The notes under the pieces were generated by a model, which made no database searches, had not been told where the DNA came from, and saw nothing but the letters and a program-made list of their open reading frames with translations. From Eledone cirrhosa (lineage: Eukaryota): a DNA stretch of 64,000 nucleotides. Below are positions 1-13,054 of this stretch, one piece after another (the first letter of the stretch is position 1; every line of letters begins with the position of its first letter). A program made the position numbers and the translations under genes. The DNA is taken from assembly GCA_964016885.1 (NCBI GenBank), contig OZ024743.1, positions 355,322,001 to 355,386,000 of the forward strand. Reading direction: 5' to 3'.

Positions 1-500
1 AATTCTCTACCTATTTCTGTTGAAACTGGCTGTAACTGGTCGCTCAAACTGATGTTAAGGTATTGTTATCAAAATAAATACTTTCAAAATCTCATATGTG
101 AGATAATTATGTGAGATAATTATGTGAGATAAAGCCTTTACCATGAAAATATAATAGTATATATAAAATAATGTGAATGCTAAAGAGTTAATGGAAAGTA
201 GGAATTTGAAAAATCTCGTGTGGAACATAAAAATTTAAAGAGGGGTATCGTAAGGGTATACATGATATTATTTTACCAGGATTTTCAGGTGCTGGAAATG
301 ACTTTATGTGCAATGAATGTGGTCGGATTTGCCTCAGTAAAGTTAGTTTTAAAAGTCATTTTACAAAATGTTGCCAACTATGGTTACCTTTGTATTACTC
401 TCAGGGGCCTGTCAACCCCAATGTAATTTCAAAACTCAACAAAATAAAATAGGGAACCATAGTAGAAGTAATTTCCATCACGGCAGCCTATGCAGAAAGA
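1..500 (+). mobile_element. Degenerate 3' end of an RTE-clade LINE
   Basis: Positions ~306-370 translate as FMCNECGRICLSKVSFKSHF, the C-terminal zinc-finger-like motif of RTE ORFs. It is preceded by EHKNLKRG and followed by a TA microsatellite. Confidence 0.55.
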
Positions 501-532
501 ATATATATGTATATATATATATGTATATATAT

Positions 533-1343
533 TGTTTGACCCGTTTAGCTTGTTCGCTTTTTGGGGTCAGGTGGTTAATGGCTTCTTAACCATCGTCTCA
601 GTTTTGTATGACCTTTTTAACTTATGTTTATAGCTCTGGTATCTTCATATCCTTAGAACGCTTGTCTACACAATACGGAAGTTGGTTTCGCTAATTTCTA
701 CGCGCCGAAATGCGATTCTCGCTAAATTTATATTTGTATTAATCTCCCAAGTCTAGCGATTAACCAGTTAATTTTTTTGGCTTTTTAGTTAATTCTATTG
801 ACTGATTAATCGCTTAAGTTTATCTTAAAAACAAACTCGGTAGAGAGCTTAATTCGTTTTGTGCTATTTTTGCAAATTTTTGCAATAACTACACATACTG
901 AATTCACTGGCCAAAATAGGGGTTTTGTCCCCTTAGAATCTCACATGTGTTGTCATAACCTGTGAGATTCTGGCTCAAGAAGAACAAAATGCCTGTTGAG
1001 AAAGCGATGCCTTGTTCGATCATTATACCAAAAGCTTATTTTTTATAAGCAGACAGTATTATTGATTTAGGTATTGCAGAAACCCTATATCGGAGTATTC
1101 CATCTTCCCCGAGGGTCCGGGTAACTATTTCAATCATATCTTATTTTGTTTGACCCGTTTAGCTTGTTCGCTTTTTTGGCTATGGTGGTTAATGGCTTCT
1201 TAACCATCGTCTCAGTTTGTATGACCATTTTAACTTATGTTTATAGCTCTGGTATCTTCATATACATGGAGCGCTTGTCTACACAATACGGAGGTTGCGT
1301 TTCGCTAATTTCTACCCGCCGAAATGCGATTCTCGCTAAATTA

Positions 1344-1348
<5 letters not shown>
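533..1348. repeat. ~200-bp diverged direct repeat pair (533-735 and 1147-1348)
   Basis: Both copies begin ttgtttgacccgtttagcttgttcgc and end gcgattctcgctaaatt(t)atattt. Confidence 0.9.
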
Positions 1349-1398
<50 letters not shown>

Positions 1399-1445
1399 GT
1401 GGATGGATACCTCACCAGGTACAATATATATATATATATATAGTA

Positions 1446-1634
1446 ATAATAATTGTTTCTACTTTTGGCACAAGGCCAGCAATTTACCCAGTGTATTACT
1501 GGTACATTATTTTATCGACCCCGTAAGGATGAAAGGCAAAGTTAACCTCGGCGGGATTTGAACTCAGTCCGTAAAGGGACGTAACTGTGCTGCAAAGCAT
1601 GGCGTCCGACCCTCTACCGATACTGCCAATCCAC
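1446..1634 (-). mobile_element. tRNA-derived SINE with Deu/Nin-type central domain (family S1)
   Basis: Minus strand reads gtggattggcagtatcggtagag (A box), gagttcaaatccc (B box), ctttgcctttcatccttacggggtcgataaaa and an AAT tail. Many copies occur in the window. Confidence 0.85.
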
Positions 1635-1785
1635 AATAATAATAAATGTGAAGACTAAAATCCAAAGAGGGCTCGATAAGTATAAATATATATCAAATAT
1701 ATAAGAACCCTAGAGCAAATATTTATTAAAATAACTGATTAAAGTTTAAGCAAAGAATCGATGCTTTCACCCTTAACGGGATCTT

Positions 1786-1841
<56 letters not shown>

Positions 1842-1897
1842 AATAAATAAATAAATAAATAAATAGAGATAGATATATAATAATTATAAAAAGAAAA

Positions 1898-2262
1898 TGT
1901 GTATGTTGACCGCTAATAACACTAAATAAAATTGATAATAATTAAGGTTTTTTGTATTTTCTACTAATCTGACCTCTGACATGCTCGCCATCGAGATCGG
2001 AATTGGGGATCGGTGTGGGGAGGTTTTATTACTTTCTTTAGCGCAGTAACTCTCTGGAAGGTACTCTGGCTGGTTTGTACATTCATATAATTTGTCTCTA
2101 TCACAATACCTCTCTCTAACTTTCTATTTCCCTCTATGTCTCTCTCTATTTCTCTATTAGTATGTGTCTTTCTCTCGGTCTGTCTCTATTTATGTCTCTC
2201 CCTCTTGCCCCTCTCTCTCACAATATTTTTCTCTGTATATCTCTATATGTATCTCCCCCCTC

Positions 2263-2338
<76 letters not shown>

Positions 2339-2480
2339 GAAGTTTGTTTGTACATTGACCGCTCATAAAATTAAATAAAGTTGGTAATAATTAAGGTTTA
2401 TCGTGTTTGCAACTAATCTGACCTCCGATATACACGCCATCGAATATTTCTCCGAAAACGGAATGGGATATTTGGGGCGA
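1898..2480. repeat. ~120-bp diverged direct repeat pair (1898-2015 and 2343-2480)
   Basis: The copies share ttgaccgct.ata, taataattaaggttt and ctaatctgacctc.ga.at...cgccatcga. Confidence 0.7.
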
Positions 2481-2484
2481 GGTG

Positions 2485-3690
2485 GTGACTATAAAGTATG
2501 TAGCAAATACGTCAACAAGAGTCCCGATGCTGCCATATTTGCGCTACAACAACGAAATATTTCCGACGAGGTGTCCACCTTCCAACACGGCCGATATAGC
2601 AGCAGTTACTAAACATTCTGGCACATTTTTGTATTCCCAACTCAGACCCATAACCCACCGGTGCAAGAACGACGTATTTTACAGCCCACCAAAGACAAAT
2701 GTGCGAGCATTTTCTAAAACTTAATCGAACTGATAGCTTTACTGGACCTCTACTATACTGACAAATACTATCTTCCTACACATTTGATAAACAGAAAGGA
2801 AAATGGAACCGGCGAAAACAAGTAAAACCAGTAGAAGACCATCCTGAAATATATAAAACAGCAACACTAGCTAGTATTTACTCAATATATCCAGGACAAC
2901 GCAAATGATTCAATTTGGGGGTGTTTACTTAATGATGTTAGAGTCCATTCAAGTGAATGGTGCTGTTTGTAACACCTATCAAGAGGCCTGTATGTGGAGA
3001 GGTCTGTTGGAGCACGACGATCATTGCTGTCCTCCGGGGAAACGCCTTCTCCATTCTGTACGCCGGGTCTGCGGGGAGGCCACCAATATGATTGACTGAC
3101 TCGTCATTTTATCAGTCAGATGTTCTAATGATTCTATATGTTGCTTATCACCAGTGACATCGCAACTCATTTTTACATCTAAATTAACTGGCATGGGCCA
3201 ATCCTCCACCACACTACACTACCAGACTACTCTACCACTACTCCACCAAACTACTCCACCACTACTACACTACCACCTCTACTGCATCATCACCATCATC
3301 AGCAACAGTAACTACACGCACCATTGAATGCAACACTTACAAAAGCGTCTCAATTTCGGATTGCCAAAAAGTATTCGAAATGTGTTCGCAATTATATTTA
3401 AAAATTGTGACATAGCCAATCCATCTGCTCTTTAACTGAAGTATAGAGATGACATGGCCGAGGACACTAAACACGAAGCGGAATATGGAAAACCTGATAT
3501 AGAAGTAACTTTTCAGATGAATATTATAACGCAGATTTGATCGAGATTTAAGACAAACTGGCGAAAATAGATGGACCTGCTCTGAATTTATTACACCTTT
3601 CTCGCACCGATAGAACTAATTTGGGGGGTCAAAGTGTGTTAGAGGCTTTATACAACGAAAGCGAGCCCAAACAACTAGATGATCAATATG
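2485..3690 (+). mobile_element. Helitron Rep/helicase coding relic, interrupted at 3027-3321
   Basis: Frameshifted translations CSKYVNKSPDAAIFAL...DEVSTFQHGRY, PPKT, WNRRKQVKPVEDHP, VNGAVCNTYQEACMWRGLLEHD, IRNVFAII, KYRDDMAED and NESEPKQLDDQ match, in order, the conserved segment between the Rep and helicase domains. Confidence 0.85.
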
Positions 3691-3694
3691 TATG

Positions 3695-3756
<62 letters not shown>

Positions 3757-3908
3757 TAGAACACGGGAAGGTAATATCCGTAGTGGTAGAGCACTCAGAC
3801 CATGGGACGAGTTAGGGAGAATGAAACAGTTCTAGTCCCGTAGAATCTCGTATATATATATATATATATATATACGAGATTCTACAGGACTAGAACTGTT
3901 CTACCATA

Positions 3909-4294
<386 letters not shown>

Positions 4295-4327
4295 CATTAT
4301 ATATATCTATGTATATATATGTATTTA

Positions 4328-4400
<73 letters not shown>

Positions 4401-4401
4401 G

Positions 4402-4458
<57 letters not shown>

Positions 4459-4462
4459 TATA

Positions 4463-4570
4463 TCTACAGGACTAGAACTGTTTCATTCGGGAGAAATCAT
4501 CAGAAAAGTATTTTCCTGATGATTTCTCCCGAATGAAACTGTTCTAGACCCGTAGAAGCCATTTCTATAT
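4463..4570. repeat. Fold-back element with HHR-like core on both strands; same family as 54844-55055
   Basis: Reads tctacaggactagaactgtttcattcgggagaaatcatcagaaaa-gta-ttttcctgatgatttctcccgaatgaaactgttctagacccgtaga. Confidence 0.85.
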
Positions 4571-5208
4571 TAATTATATATATATATGAATTTATGTATA
4601 GTACATTTGTTAATATACCGTATGTTTAATTAAAAACATTTAGAAGACCATTCGCTATCAGTTTTAAAGTAGTGACTATGTCACTTACTTATTTACGGCA
4701 AAGGCTTGGAGAGAGGTTGACAGTTGTTTCTCGCTAGTTGGCGTCTATCAAAGCCACGCACTGACCTAGGCAGTCAATGGTTATACGCCCCATAATCAAG
4801 ATGTCCCCAGATGTATGTGACAGTACAGAGGACCTCCTCAGCAGAATCAGTGAGTGCAACAAAAACAGGAACCTATCCAACTGCATAATAGGCAGTATGG
4901 ATGTGGTATCACTGTACCCATCCATTAACATTGATTTTGCTGTGGAAAAATGTGTGGAGATGATCATTGAGAGTGAGGTGGAGTTCTGCGACGTCGACAC
5001 AGACGAACAGGGCCTCCTACTTAGACTTACCTACGACTTACCTACGACAGCCATGACCTTAGACGTTTCTGCCCCAGTAGACCCATAAGAGGTAGACCCC
5101 CCCTCCCCACACACACCATAACCTCAATGGCAAAAAAGACTCCCATGGGAAGGTGGATTCGGTGGACCAAAGTTATACGGACCCCAAAACAATGATGAGG
5201 TAAGAAAA

Positions 5209-6420
5209 ATGGTCGCACATGCAATAGGGGCTAGTATCAAAACCACCCTAAAGGGCCACATATTCAAGTTCAACGAGAAGATCTACACCCAAAATGAGGG
5301 AGCAGCCATTGGCGTCAGCATAGCAGGTGACGTTGCCAACTTTTTCATGGTATGGTGGGAAAGGAGACTCAAAGATCTCCTTGATGAGAGCTCCATAGAC
5401 CTCTTCATGTACTCTCGTTACGTAGACGACATAAATATAGTAATAAGGACATCCCCACAAGAGAGCACTAACAAGTTTGATTTAGAACGTAGCACAATGA
5501 AAAGCATCCAGCAGATAGCTAATTCCATACACCAGAGTATAACTGTAACTATCGACTACCCTTCCAAACACCCTAACAATAGACTACCTGTATTAGACAC
5601 GGAACTCTGGATTAACACTATAGCCGAGAGAGCCCAAATTCTCCACTCACACTATGCTAAACCCATGGCCTCCAAATACCTGATACTCAAAAACTCAGCA
5701 ATGTCCAGTAGTGATAAGTTTAATATTCTGATCGCAGACTTTGTACGAGTGATGAAGAACGTTTCCCGCACGTGCGACCCAACAGAAATGGAAAGACACA
5801 TCCAACACTTCATCAACCGCATGCAGTTCTCTGGCTACAACCAAAGAGACAGAATCAGAGTATACGAAGGAGCCACGGAGAAGTATAAGACCCTCATAGA
5901 ACTGGACATGAAAGGAATTTGCCCATTATACAGGAGCAAATCATGGAATAGCTTAGATAGGACTAGACATAAGATAGGGAAAGCAACCTCATGGTACGAC
6001 AACCAAAAATACCAGAGTGTCATGGTTGTGGACGTTACCCTTGGAGGGAAATTAGCTAACCAGTGTAGAAATGCCCTGAGAAAGACCCACTTAAAGATTA
6101 AGGTGGTAGAAAAGCCAGGAACCACCATAATCTCCCTGATCAGCAAAACCTACCCTTTTAAGAAAACCCACTGTACTAATAGGAAATGTATCATATGTAG
6201 AGTAAACTCCCGGATAAACTGTAAAACTAGAAACGTAGTCCATAGCATAAGATGTACAGAGGGTACTTGCAGAAACATGACAACAACATACATAGGCGAG
6301 ACAGTTCGTAGCATAGGTGAAAGGATAGACCAACACTGGGGGGAACTAAAAGGAGGAAAAACGGTTCAGTGCTATACGAACATGCCAGACAACAACACAA
6401 CGGTAATAAAGACAACATAG
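5209..6420 (+). pseudogene. Longest surviving ORF segment of the PLE polyprotein (RT palm/thumb, linker, N-half of GIY-YIG)
   Basis: 403-aa ORF with RYVDDI and YIGET. The C-terminus continues in another frame (6369-6572). Confidence 0.88.
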
Positions 6421-6569
6421 AAGTCAGAATAATATCTAAACATAGAAATGACCCAGCAGATAGGCAAATAAGAGAGGCCAGCGAAATAGAACTTAGAAGG
6501 CCAAGGCTAAACAGAAAAAATGAATGGAATAACAACACCCAAACAAACAACACTGACCTAAGAGAAGTA

Positions 6570-6604
<35 letters not shown>

Positions 6605-6843
6605 ATACATACACAAGCACAATAACAACAAATATATATAAACACACTAGTAAACTAAGATAGAATACATTAACCAATACACAGTCATCCAAACAAGAAC
6701 ACACATCAAACAAAACACTATTCACACACGCAAACGCATGCGCAGAGAAGACAAAAAATGAAAACAAATAAATAAATAAATAAATAAACAGACTAAATAA
6801 AGATGGCGTAAGCATATAATGCAACGGGAGGAAACATAATAGC

Positions 6844-6885
6844 ACCACTGACGATGTTGCAGATGTGCAACGAAAGAACTTTGGT
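6844..6885 (+). ncRNA. Minimal type I hammerhead ribozyme (PLE 3' UTR)
   Basis: acca-CTGACGA-t-gttgca gatg tgcaac-GAAA-gaac-TT-tggt. Stems I and II pair; cleavage triplet CUU. Confidence 0.75.
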
Positions 6886-7001
6886 AGACCAAATATATGT
6901 GTTTGTGTCTATATTGTATCTGTATTTTTGACCCTTGATCAGTCATGGCAACATTGGGGACCGAATAAATTAAATTAACCGATATAAAAGACACAGAAGC
7001 G

Positions 7002-7077
<76 letters not shown>

Positions 7078-7082
<5 letters not shown>

Positions 7083-7232
7083 TGTGATCATCTAATAGTT
7101 TGGGCTCGTTTTCGTTAACATAGAAGATGAGGTCTTCTACGTTGTATGATACTCTGCTATTTATGCTCTGCCCTGTATTGAGTACCTTACTTACTGTGGT
7201 TAACCCCGATTGAACTCGGGATAAACACAGAT
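7078..7232 (-). mobile_element. Short Helitron coding fragment
   Basis: Translates SRVSYNVEDLIFYVNENEPKLLDDH, homologous to the NESEPKQLDDQ end of the 2485-3690 Helitron. Confidence 0.6.
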
Positions 7233-7489
7233 ATATATGTGTGTGTGCGTGTCTGTGTGTGTATCTATACATAATGTGTGTGTAACTATGTATGTATATA
7301 TTTACTAGCATACTACCGATATAAATTGATAGTGATTAATTTTGATTACAAATTTGAGTTCTCGTGTTTTCTGAAATCCCGGCTATTATCGTATTTAATT
7401 TTAAATTCCTTTAAATAATTTACAATAATTTTCTTCCATATTTTCTCCATACATATATTTACTAAATCACAATAACTTTGTTCTCTAAT

Positions 7490-8831
7490 TGAAATCCCCA
7501 GTAGGGAACGTTACTGCAGGGTTGTTTTACACCCCGTGGATAGAACAAACCTTAACTCCAGGAACACGTTTTGTCTTCCCTCTGTTTATCTTCCTCAACC
7601 TACAGATTTATATACAGAGAAGGCCCATTCACATTTTTGCCACATTCACCCACCTTTCAGCGAATTTACTGGTGTGTAGCACCTCTCTCTCCACTCTCAC
7701 CTTCCTTCTGAAGTCATACTTAAAGAAGGGGATAAGTTGTTGTCCGGAGAGAAAGGTGTTTGCCCTCAGTCCTTTTAACCTCGTCCACCATATTACCTCT
7801 TTCGCCATAGCCACCAGACAGAGGAAAACCGCCTCTCCTTCGTTCTTAAATGAAGGCGGCGGGGTGATCCTCACGATGGACTCGGCTGACATCTGGATGC
7901 GTCCCACACGTGACAGCAGCTGTTCGACATAATTCCACAGGTCGGTCACCCCTGGGCACTGAACAATTGCGTGCAGAACGGTTTCGATGTCCTGTTCGCA
8001 TCTTGGACAGGTCCTTTTGGCAGGATCTCTGCCAGGGCGTCCGTGCCTGTAGATTTTGTCTCGAACTGGTAGAGCTCCTCGGTAGCACTGCCAGGCCAGA
8101 GACCTCTGGAAGTCATCCATAGGCCCTGGACGGAAAGTCCTTCCGAACAGACTGGTCAGTTCGTCCTCCTCGATGCCTAGAGTTTCCCCGAGAACGTCGT
8201 CGCACTTATCCTCCACTAATCCCCGATAGAATGTCGAAGTGGAGTCTCCGCTGATTGCCGTTTCCGTTTGGTAGAGGGCTGTGAGCGCCTGTAGGCACTC
8301 GAGATGCCAGGCACCCATTTTCGGTCTTCGCTTGACCCAGGACTGCAGCTCTGTTAGTGAGACGAGTTGTGGAAGAGCTTGTCTCACAAACGACAGCGAC
8401 ACCGGTTCACCGGTCAGGAATACCTAGAGATGGCGTAGCCTCAGCGCACGTTTGCGCATCATCAGCCGCGGCATGCCCAGCCCTCCGTTAGAAGGGTGTT
8501 GACAGCAGATGGATCTCCTCACCAATGAAGCCTGTTTCCTCCAGAGGAACTTGAAGAGTAGGCGTTCCATTTTGGTGAGATATTCACGGGGGCAAGGCAC
8601 GACTGTCAAGCGGTAGTAGATGACGGACGCTATGTAACTGTTCGCCACCTCCGCTCGACCTTTCAAGGAGAGTTTGCACTCAGCCCACTTCTGGGTGAGT
8701 GCAAACACCTTCGCCGTGACCTCGTTCCAGTTCTTGTCCACCTGGAGGTCTGGACCGAACCAGACCTCGAGCAATTTCACCGGTCCTTCCGTCCAACGAC
8801 ACTGTCGGAAGGCATGGGTTTGCCACTCCAT
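7490..8831 (-). mobile_element. Tx1-like L1-clade LINE ORF2 3' part
   Basis: ORFs 8424-8831 (LSLKGRAEVANSYIASVIYY...GGLGMP) and 7629-8402 (zinc knuckle CPRCEQDIETVLHAIVQCP, AKEVIWWTR). The block is GC-rich relative to its flanks. Confidence 0.9.
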
Positions 8832-9049
8832 GTGCCGAGTTGCAAACCGACAGACTTGTTTGGGTTTAGTCTTGCTCCTGTCAACGTTTCGTATTCCTGT
8901 AACAGGTTGCCGATTACCCTGATTTCCAAGGTTTTCGAGATAGATAGATAGATAGATAGGTGTTAATCTTGAACGAAGATAAATAGATACATCAGTAGAT
9001 AACTATAGATAGTTGCTCTTATTGACTATATATATACTGACTATATAAA

Positions 9050-9265
9050 GGTGGGTTGGCAGTATCGGTAGAGAGTCGGACACCATGCTTTGCAGCATAG
9101 AGTTACGACCCTTTATGATCTGAGTTCAAATCCCGCCGAGGTTAACTTTGCCTTTCATCCTTACTGGGTCGATAAAATAAAGTACCAGTCACGCACTGGG
9201 GTCGATCTAATCGACTTTCCCCTCCCCCAAAATTGCTGGCCTTGTGCATATATAAGAAACCATAT
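9050..9265 (+). mobile_element. SINE family S1 (long-tail variant) with 15-bp TSD
   Basis: A/B boxes and Deu/Nin domain present. TSD tactgactatataaa at 9035-9049 and 9266-9280. Confidence 0.88.
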
Positions 9266-9494
9266 TACTGACTATATAAAAGAGTGTGCATGTATGTATG
9301 TTCCTTCCTTGACCAATGCCTTGTGAGTGAAATTTTGTAGTAGGAATATATAAAGAGCAAGAGGATGAAAATTCTCTGCGCTCATGAAATATCAGAGCAG
9401 CTTGTGTATTAAACCATTTTGCTGTATGGTCAGAGAAGAGTTAAAGTATTGACTCGAAATGCTGAAACAGACCTTTTCGTTAACCTTGCAGTTT

Positions 9495-10275
9495 CATGGT
9501 ACTTTGGCCCCTTATCTCATCATATTGTTATTTGATTATGTAATGAGATATGCTGTAGACGACAAGTCGGAAGAACCTTGCACCAGATTCACAATGAGGA
9601 GAAGCAGACGTATATCACCAATGGTAATTTCCGACCTTACATATACTGATGCCATTGCTATACTATCAGAAAAGTTATATCAAACACGAGAAATACTAAA
9701 TAGGGTAGATAAGAAGGCTGAAAAAGTTTATCGGTTCATGAACTCGAGAAAAACAGAGCTCATGCACTTAAATCTGGACAGAAACTAAAAATTTAAAATA
9801 CTTTTGGGCTTGGATAATGATTTCAGCAAATGATATTAACAACAGAACGGCAGTTGAACGGCAAATATGTCATAAACTATCAAATATCTGGAGGTCACCC
9901 CTGAGGAAGATTATTAACATTATGCTTGTTTTAGCAAGGGTTGAAACTTCTTTGTTATATGGCAGTGATACATGGACACTGACACAGAGGCTTGAAAACC
10001 AGATAGATGGAATATACTCCACATGTCACTTACAATCAATGGGAAGAGACATGACATTAATGCAAAATTTGATGATGGTCTCCCAACTGAAAAGATAGTT
10101 CAGCAAATATTACAATTACGTTAAGTGAGCAAACCTGAAGAGTTGTCCTCAAATCTGGTACTGTCAGACAATGAATAGACCGATAAACGTTGGGAGACAA
10201 ACCATCAACTTCACTGACATACTTCAGAAAGACACCGGTTTGGGAATACGAACAGTGAAGGTTCGATCGACTGAA
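9495..10275 (+). mobile_element. Degenerate RTE LINE fragment
   Basis: GTLAPYLIILLFDYVMR, ISDLTYTDAIAIL (decayed YADD) and VETSLLYGSDTWTLT. Confidence 0.85.
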
Positions 10276-10315
10276 ACATACATAACATACATACATACAC
10301 ATACATATATATATA

Positions 10316-10395
<80 letters not shown>

Positions 10396-10402
<7 letters not shown>

Positions 10403-10686
10403 GTTTCTATATGTATAATAAAGCCAAAACAATGCAGGTATGGACATAGAATAAAGAATGCAAATGCAAAAGATATTGTTGACGATTAGTCTTTTACCTT
10501 AGATTTATTTAAATGTCCTTAATTTTCGAGATTTAAATAAATCTAAGGTAAAAGACTAATTGTCAACAATATCTTTTGCATTTGAATTCTTTATTCTATG
10601 TCCATACCTGCATTGTTTTGGCTTTATTATACATATACAAACGTTTATACCTCATTACACAATGCTTCAAGTGAACTATAACCTCC

Positions 10687-10690
<4 letters not shown>
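10396..10690. repeat. Fold-back element, ~119-bp arms (10396-10514 and 10531-10649) plus an unpaired tail, between (TA)n arrays
   Basis: Near-perfect inverted repeat with a 16-nt loop. No HHR core found. Confidence 0.92.
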
Positions 10691-10721
<31 letters not shown>

Positions 10722-10725
<4 letters not shown>

Positions 10726-10955
10726 TAAATAAGGTTGTTGTTTTTTTTTAAAGAAAAAAACGAGATGTTCTACACGGTTGAAAGTATAAGGAAAAGAAAT
10801 TGAAAATGCAACAGGAGTCTTTTTAAGAATATTTATTTATTCACTTTACCGGTCTCACAGTTATTATGATTTTCAAAAGTAAAATTGAGATGGAGGGTTT
10901 GTGTTTCTGGTGTGGTTTGTCTCTTATGCGAGACAACCCACAACAGAAACACACA
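10722..10955 (-). mobile_element. PLE pLTR/tail fragment related to 23649-23860, with decayed U3-A8 HHR (10843-10880) and terminal hairpin
   Basis: Shares gaaaatgcaac, tttaccggt.tc and ttttcaaaag...ttgagatggaggg with 23733-23840. Ends in hairpin gtgtttctggtgtggtttgtctc/gagacaacccacaacagaaacac. Confidence 0.75.
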
Positions 10956-11206
10956 TATATATATATGGAGTCCTGACTTATTCATATAAACATACTCTAC
11001 TATACCTAGTATCGAGTACTCCTGGTGAGTAATGGTATAACCAGATCCTTACTGAATCCATCTTGATGTATATATATATATAGAGAGAGAGAGAGAGAAT
11101 TAGTATATTTACCAACATATGTGTACAGATGTTCACCTATGCTAGCAAATATATATGTTATGTCTTAGTACCTTTGTGGTTCTATGCAGGAGGATGCAGA
11201 ACAATC

Positions 11207-11333
11207 ATATGAAAGACGTAAAATAAGGAAATCTTAAAAATTAAAAATCAACTTACTTACTAAAAGTTGGAGTGAAAATTTTAATAAGTTGATTTTTAAT
11301 TTTTAAAATTTCCTTGTTTTACGTCTTTCATAT
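11207..11333. repeat. Fold-back element, ~48-bp arms
   Basis: atatgaaagacgtaaaataaggaaat...aatcaactta pairs with taagttgatt...atttccttgttttacgtctttcatat. Confidence 0.85.
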
Positions 11334-11336
11334 ATA

Positions 11337-11365
<29 letters not shown>

Positions 11366-11381
<16 letters not shown>

Positions 11382-11411
11382 TGTGTGTGTGTGTGTGTTG
11401 TGTGTGTGTGT

Positions 11412-11506
<95 letters not shown>

Positions 11507-11514
11507 TGTGTGTC

Positions 11515-11547
<33 letters not shown>

Positions 11548-11667
11548 CTGTGTGTCTGTGTGTGTGTGTGTGTGTGTGTCTGTGTGTGTGTGTGTGTGTG
11601 TGTGCGTGTGTGTGTCTGTGTGTCTGTGTGTGTGTGTGTGTGTATGTGTGTCTGTGTGTCTGTGTGT

Positions 11668-11719
<52 letters not shown>

Positions 11720-11732
11720 GTGTGCGTGTGTG
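11366..11732. repeat. Long (TG)n compound microsatellite
   Basis: Directly visible. It is the source of the CVCV/THTH ORFs. Confidence 0.98.
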
Positions 11733-11894
11733 TATTTCCAATCACTCGATCTTTTTCTCATACAAAGGTGGCACAAACATGACTTTTTAACTCTGTCAAG
11801 GACTTAAATTCGTTTCTGTATATACTGCAACGTAAATAAAATAAAAAAAAAACGTTTAGGTCATCTCACGCACCAGACGTGTATGTCGTTTATA

Positions 11895-12060
11895 TCATGT
11901 GATGCCTGTGCTTGAAGCCTTTTTTAAGTGAAGAAAGGCCTTGCACTGGACCAATCCCACATTCTGAACAACGTTGACAGGTATCCGAGAAGAAATCACA
12001 TGTTTTACATCTGAATTTCCTTTCTCTTAGAATGATGTTCTAACAAAAGCTAGATAGGCA
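11895..12060 (-). mobile_element. Decayed RTE 5'-UTR-type fragment
   Basis: tgatgcctgtgcttgaagc...aaaggccttgcactggaccaatcccac is homologous to 37738-37805 and 44718-44765. Confidence 0.6.
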
Positions 12061-12282
12061 ATCCACGCACTTGGGTAGCAAACTGAGTATTTCCATGTAC
12101 ATACATACAAACAGACATTGATACATACATACATACATATGTATGTCAAATAAATATACTCAAAATTAAAAGAGATAACATACATACATGCTTGCATACA
12201 TACATACATACATACATACATACATACATACATACATACATACATACATACATACATACATACATACATACATACATACATA

Positions 12283-12750
12283 AAGAATTCTGGTGAAACC
12301 TGAAAATAAAAACTGCCACCAAATTAAAACACAACCGGCCTGACATTGTTGTTTGTGCCACACATTGAAAACGTGTTCTGTTGTAGAGATCAGCTGCTCG
12401 CTTGATGTCAGCGTTGTAAGAAAAATACAAGAGAAGGAGGACATCTACGGACCATTGATGAGGAGTTTGCAGATCTAGTATCCAAGATACACTTTCAGCT
12501 TTATACCCATAATGATTGGAGCTACAGATTATATACCAACCCGCTTGGACCAAAGTATGACTGAACTTGGATTTGTGGACAAAGGATGCAGCTCCCTAAT
12601 TCATAGACTACAAATGGCTGCGATATCTGGCACCTTCAAAATTTGCAAAATATTCTTGCGATTAAAGGGATGAAAATCTCTTCTCTTTTACAACCTCGCC
12701 ACTAGGAAGGTGGCCGCACAAAAATGTACTCGAAATAAATGGAAAGAGAA
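12283..12750 (+). mobile_element. R4/Dong-clade LINE 3' fragment (restriction-like endonuclease)
   Basis: KEFW*NLKIKTATKLKHNRPDIVV...VEISC..D. Near-identical to 40452-40950 and 44030-44505; begins right after (TACA)n. Confidence 0.88.
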
Positions 12751-12889
12751 ATATAGATACATACTGCACAAAGTAGAAGGTCATTGGTAAACTCGGTGGA
12801 GCCCATCCCTCTCCTGGTCTGAGTACAGCAGATTTCTTCCAGAGAAAGATAGAAAGTGAGAGAGAGGAAATTAGAAAGAGATATAGAGG

Positions 12890-13054
12890 AAGAATCGACC
12901 CTAGTAATAGACTGGTAGTTTTTATTTTATCGATTTTGAAAGAAGGAAAAGCAAAGTTGACCTCGGGAGGATTTGAACTCAGAGAGTAAAGAGTCGGAAC
13001 GAATATCATAGAACATTCTATCCGACGGGCTAACGACTCTACCAATTCGCCGCC
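12890..13054 (-). mobile_element. Older S1-related tRNA SINE
   Basis: Minus strand reads ggcggcgaattggtagagtcgttag...gagttcaaatcc...ctttgcttttcc...tcgataaaataaaactaccag. Confidence 0.75.

Larger units (their letters stand above)
4690..7003 (+). mobile_element. Penelope-like retroelement (RT + GIY-YIG), 5'-truncated and frameshifted
   Basis: Motifs GSMDVVSLYPSI, IYTQNEGAAIGVSIAGDVAN, RYVDDI, LPVLD, HYAKPMAS, Cys cluster CTNRKCIIC and GIY-YIG VHSIRC...YIGETVRSIGERIDQH...E...LN. The 3' UTR carries an HHR and ends at (TA)n. Confidence 0.93.

Noticed and set aside
297-380. Host C2H2 zinc-finger gene (also 38240-38430)
   Set aside because: The motif spacing and the position just before a microsatellite tail fit RTE ORF C-termini, and there are no TGEKP linkers.
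4716-4758. Minus-strand HHR just upstream of the PLE ORF
   Set aside because: GAAA-caactg-TC is present but the core reads TTGATAG and stem I is weak. At most it is a decayed remnant, so it is not listed as a feature.
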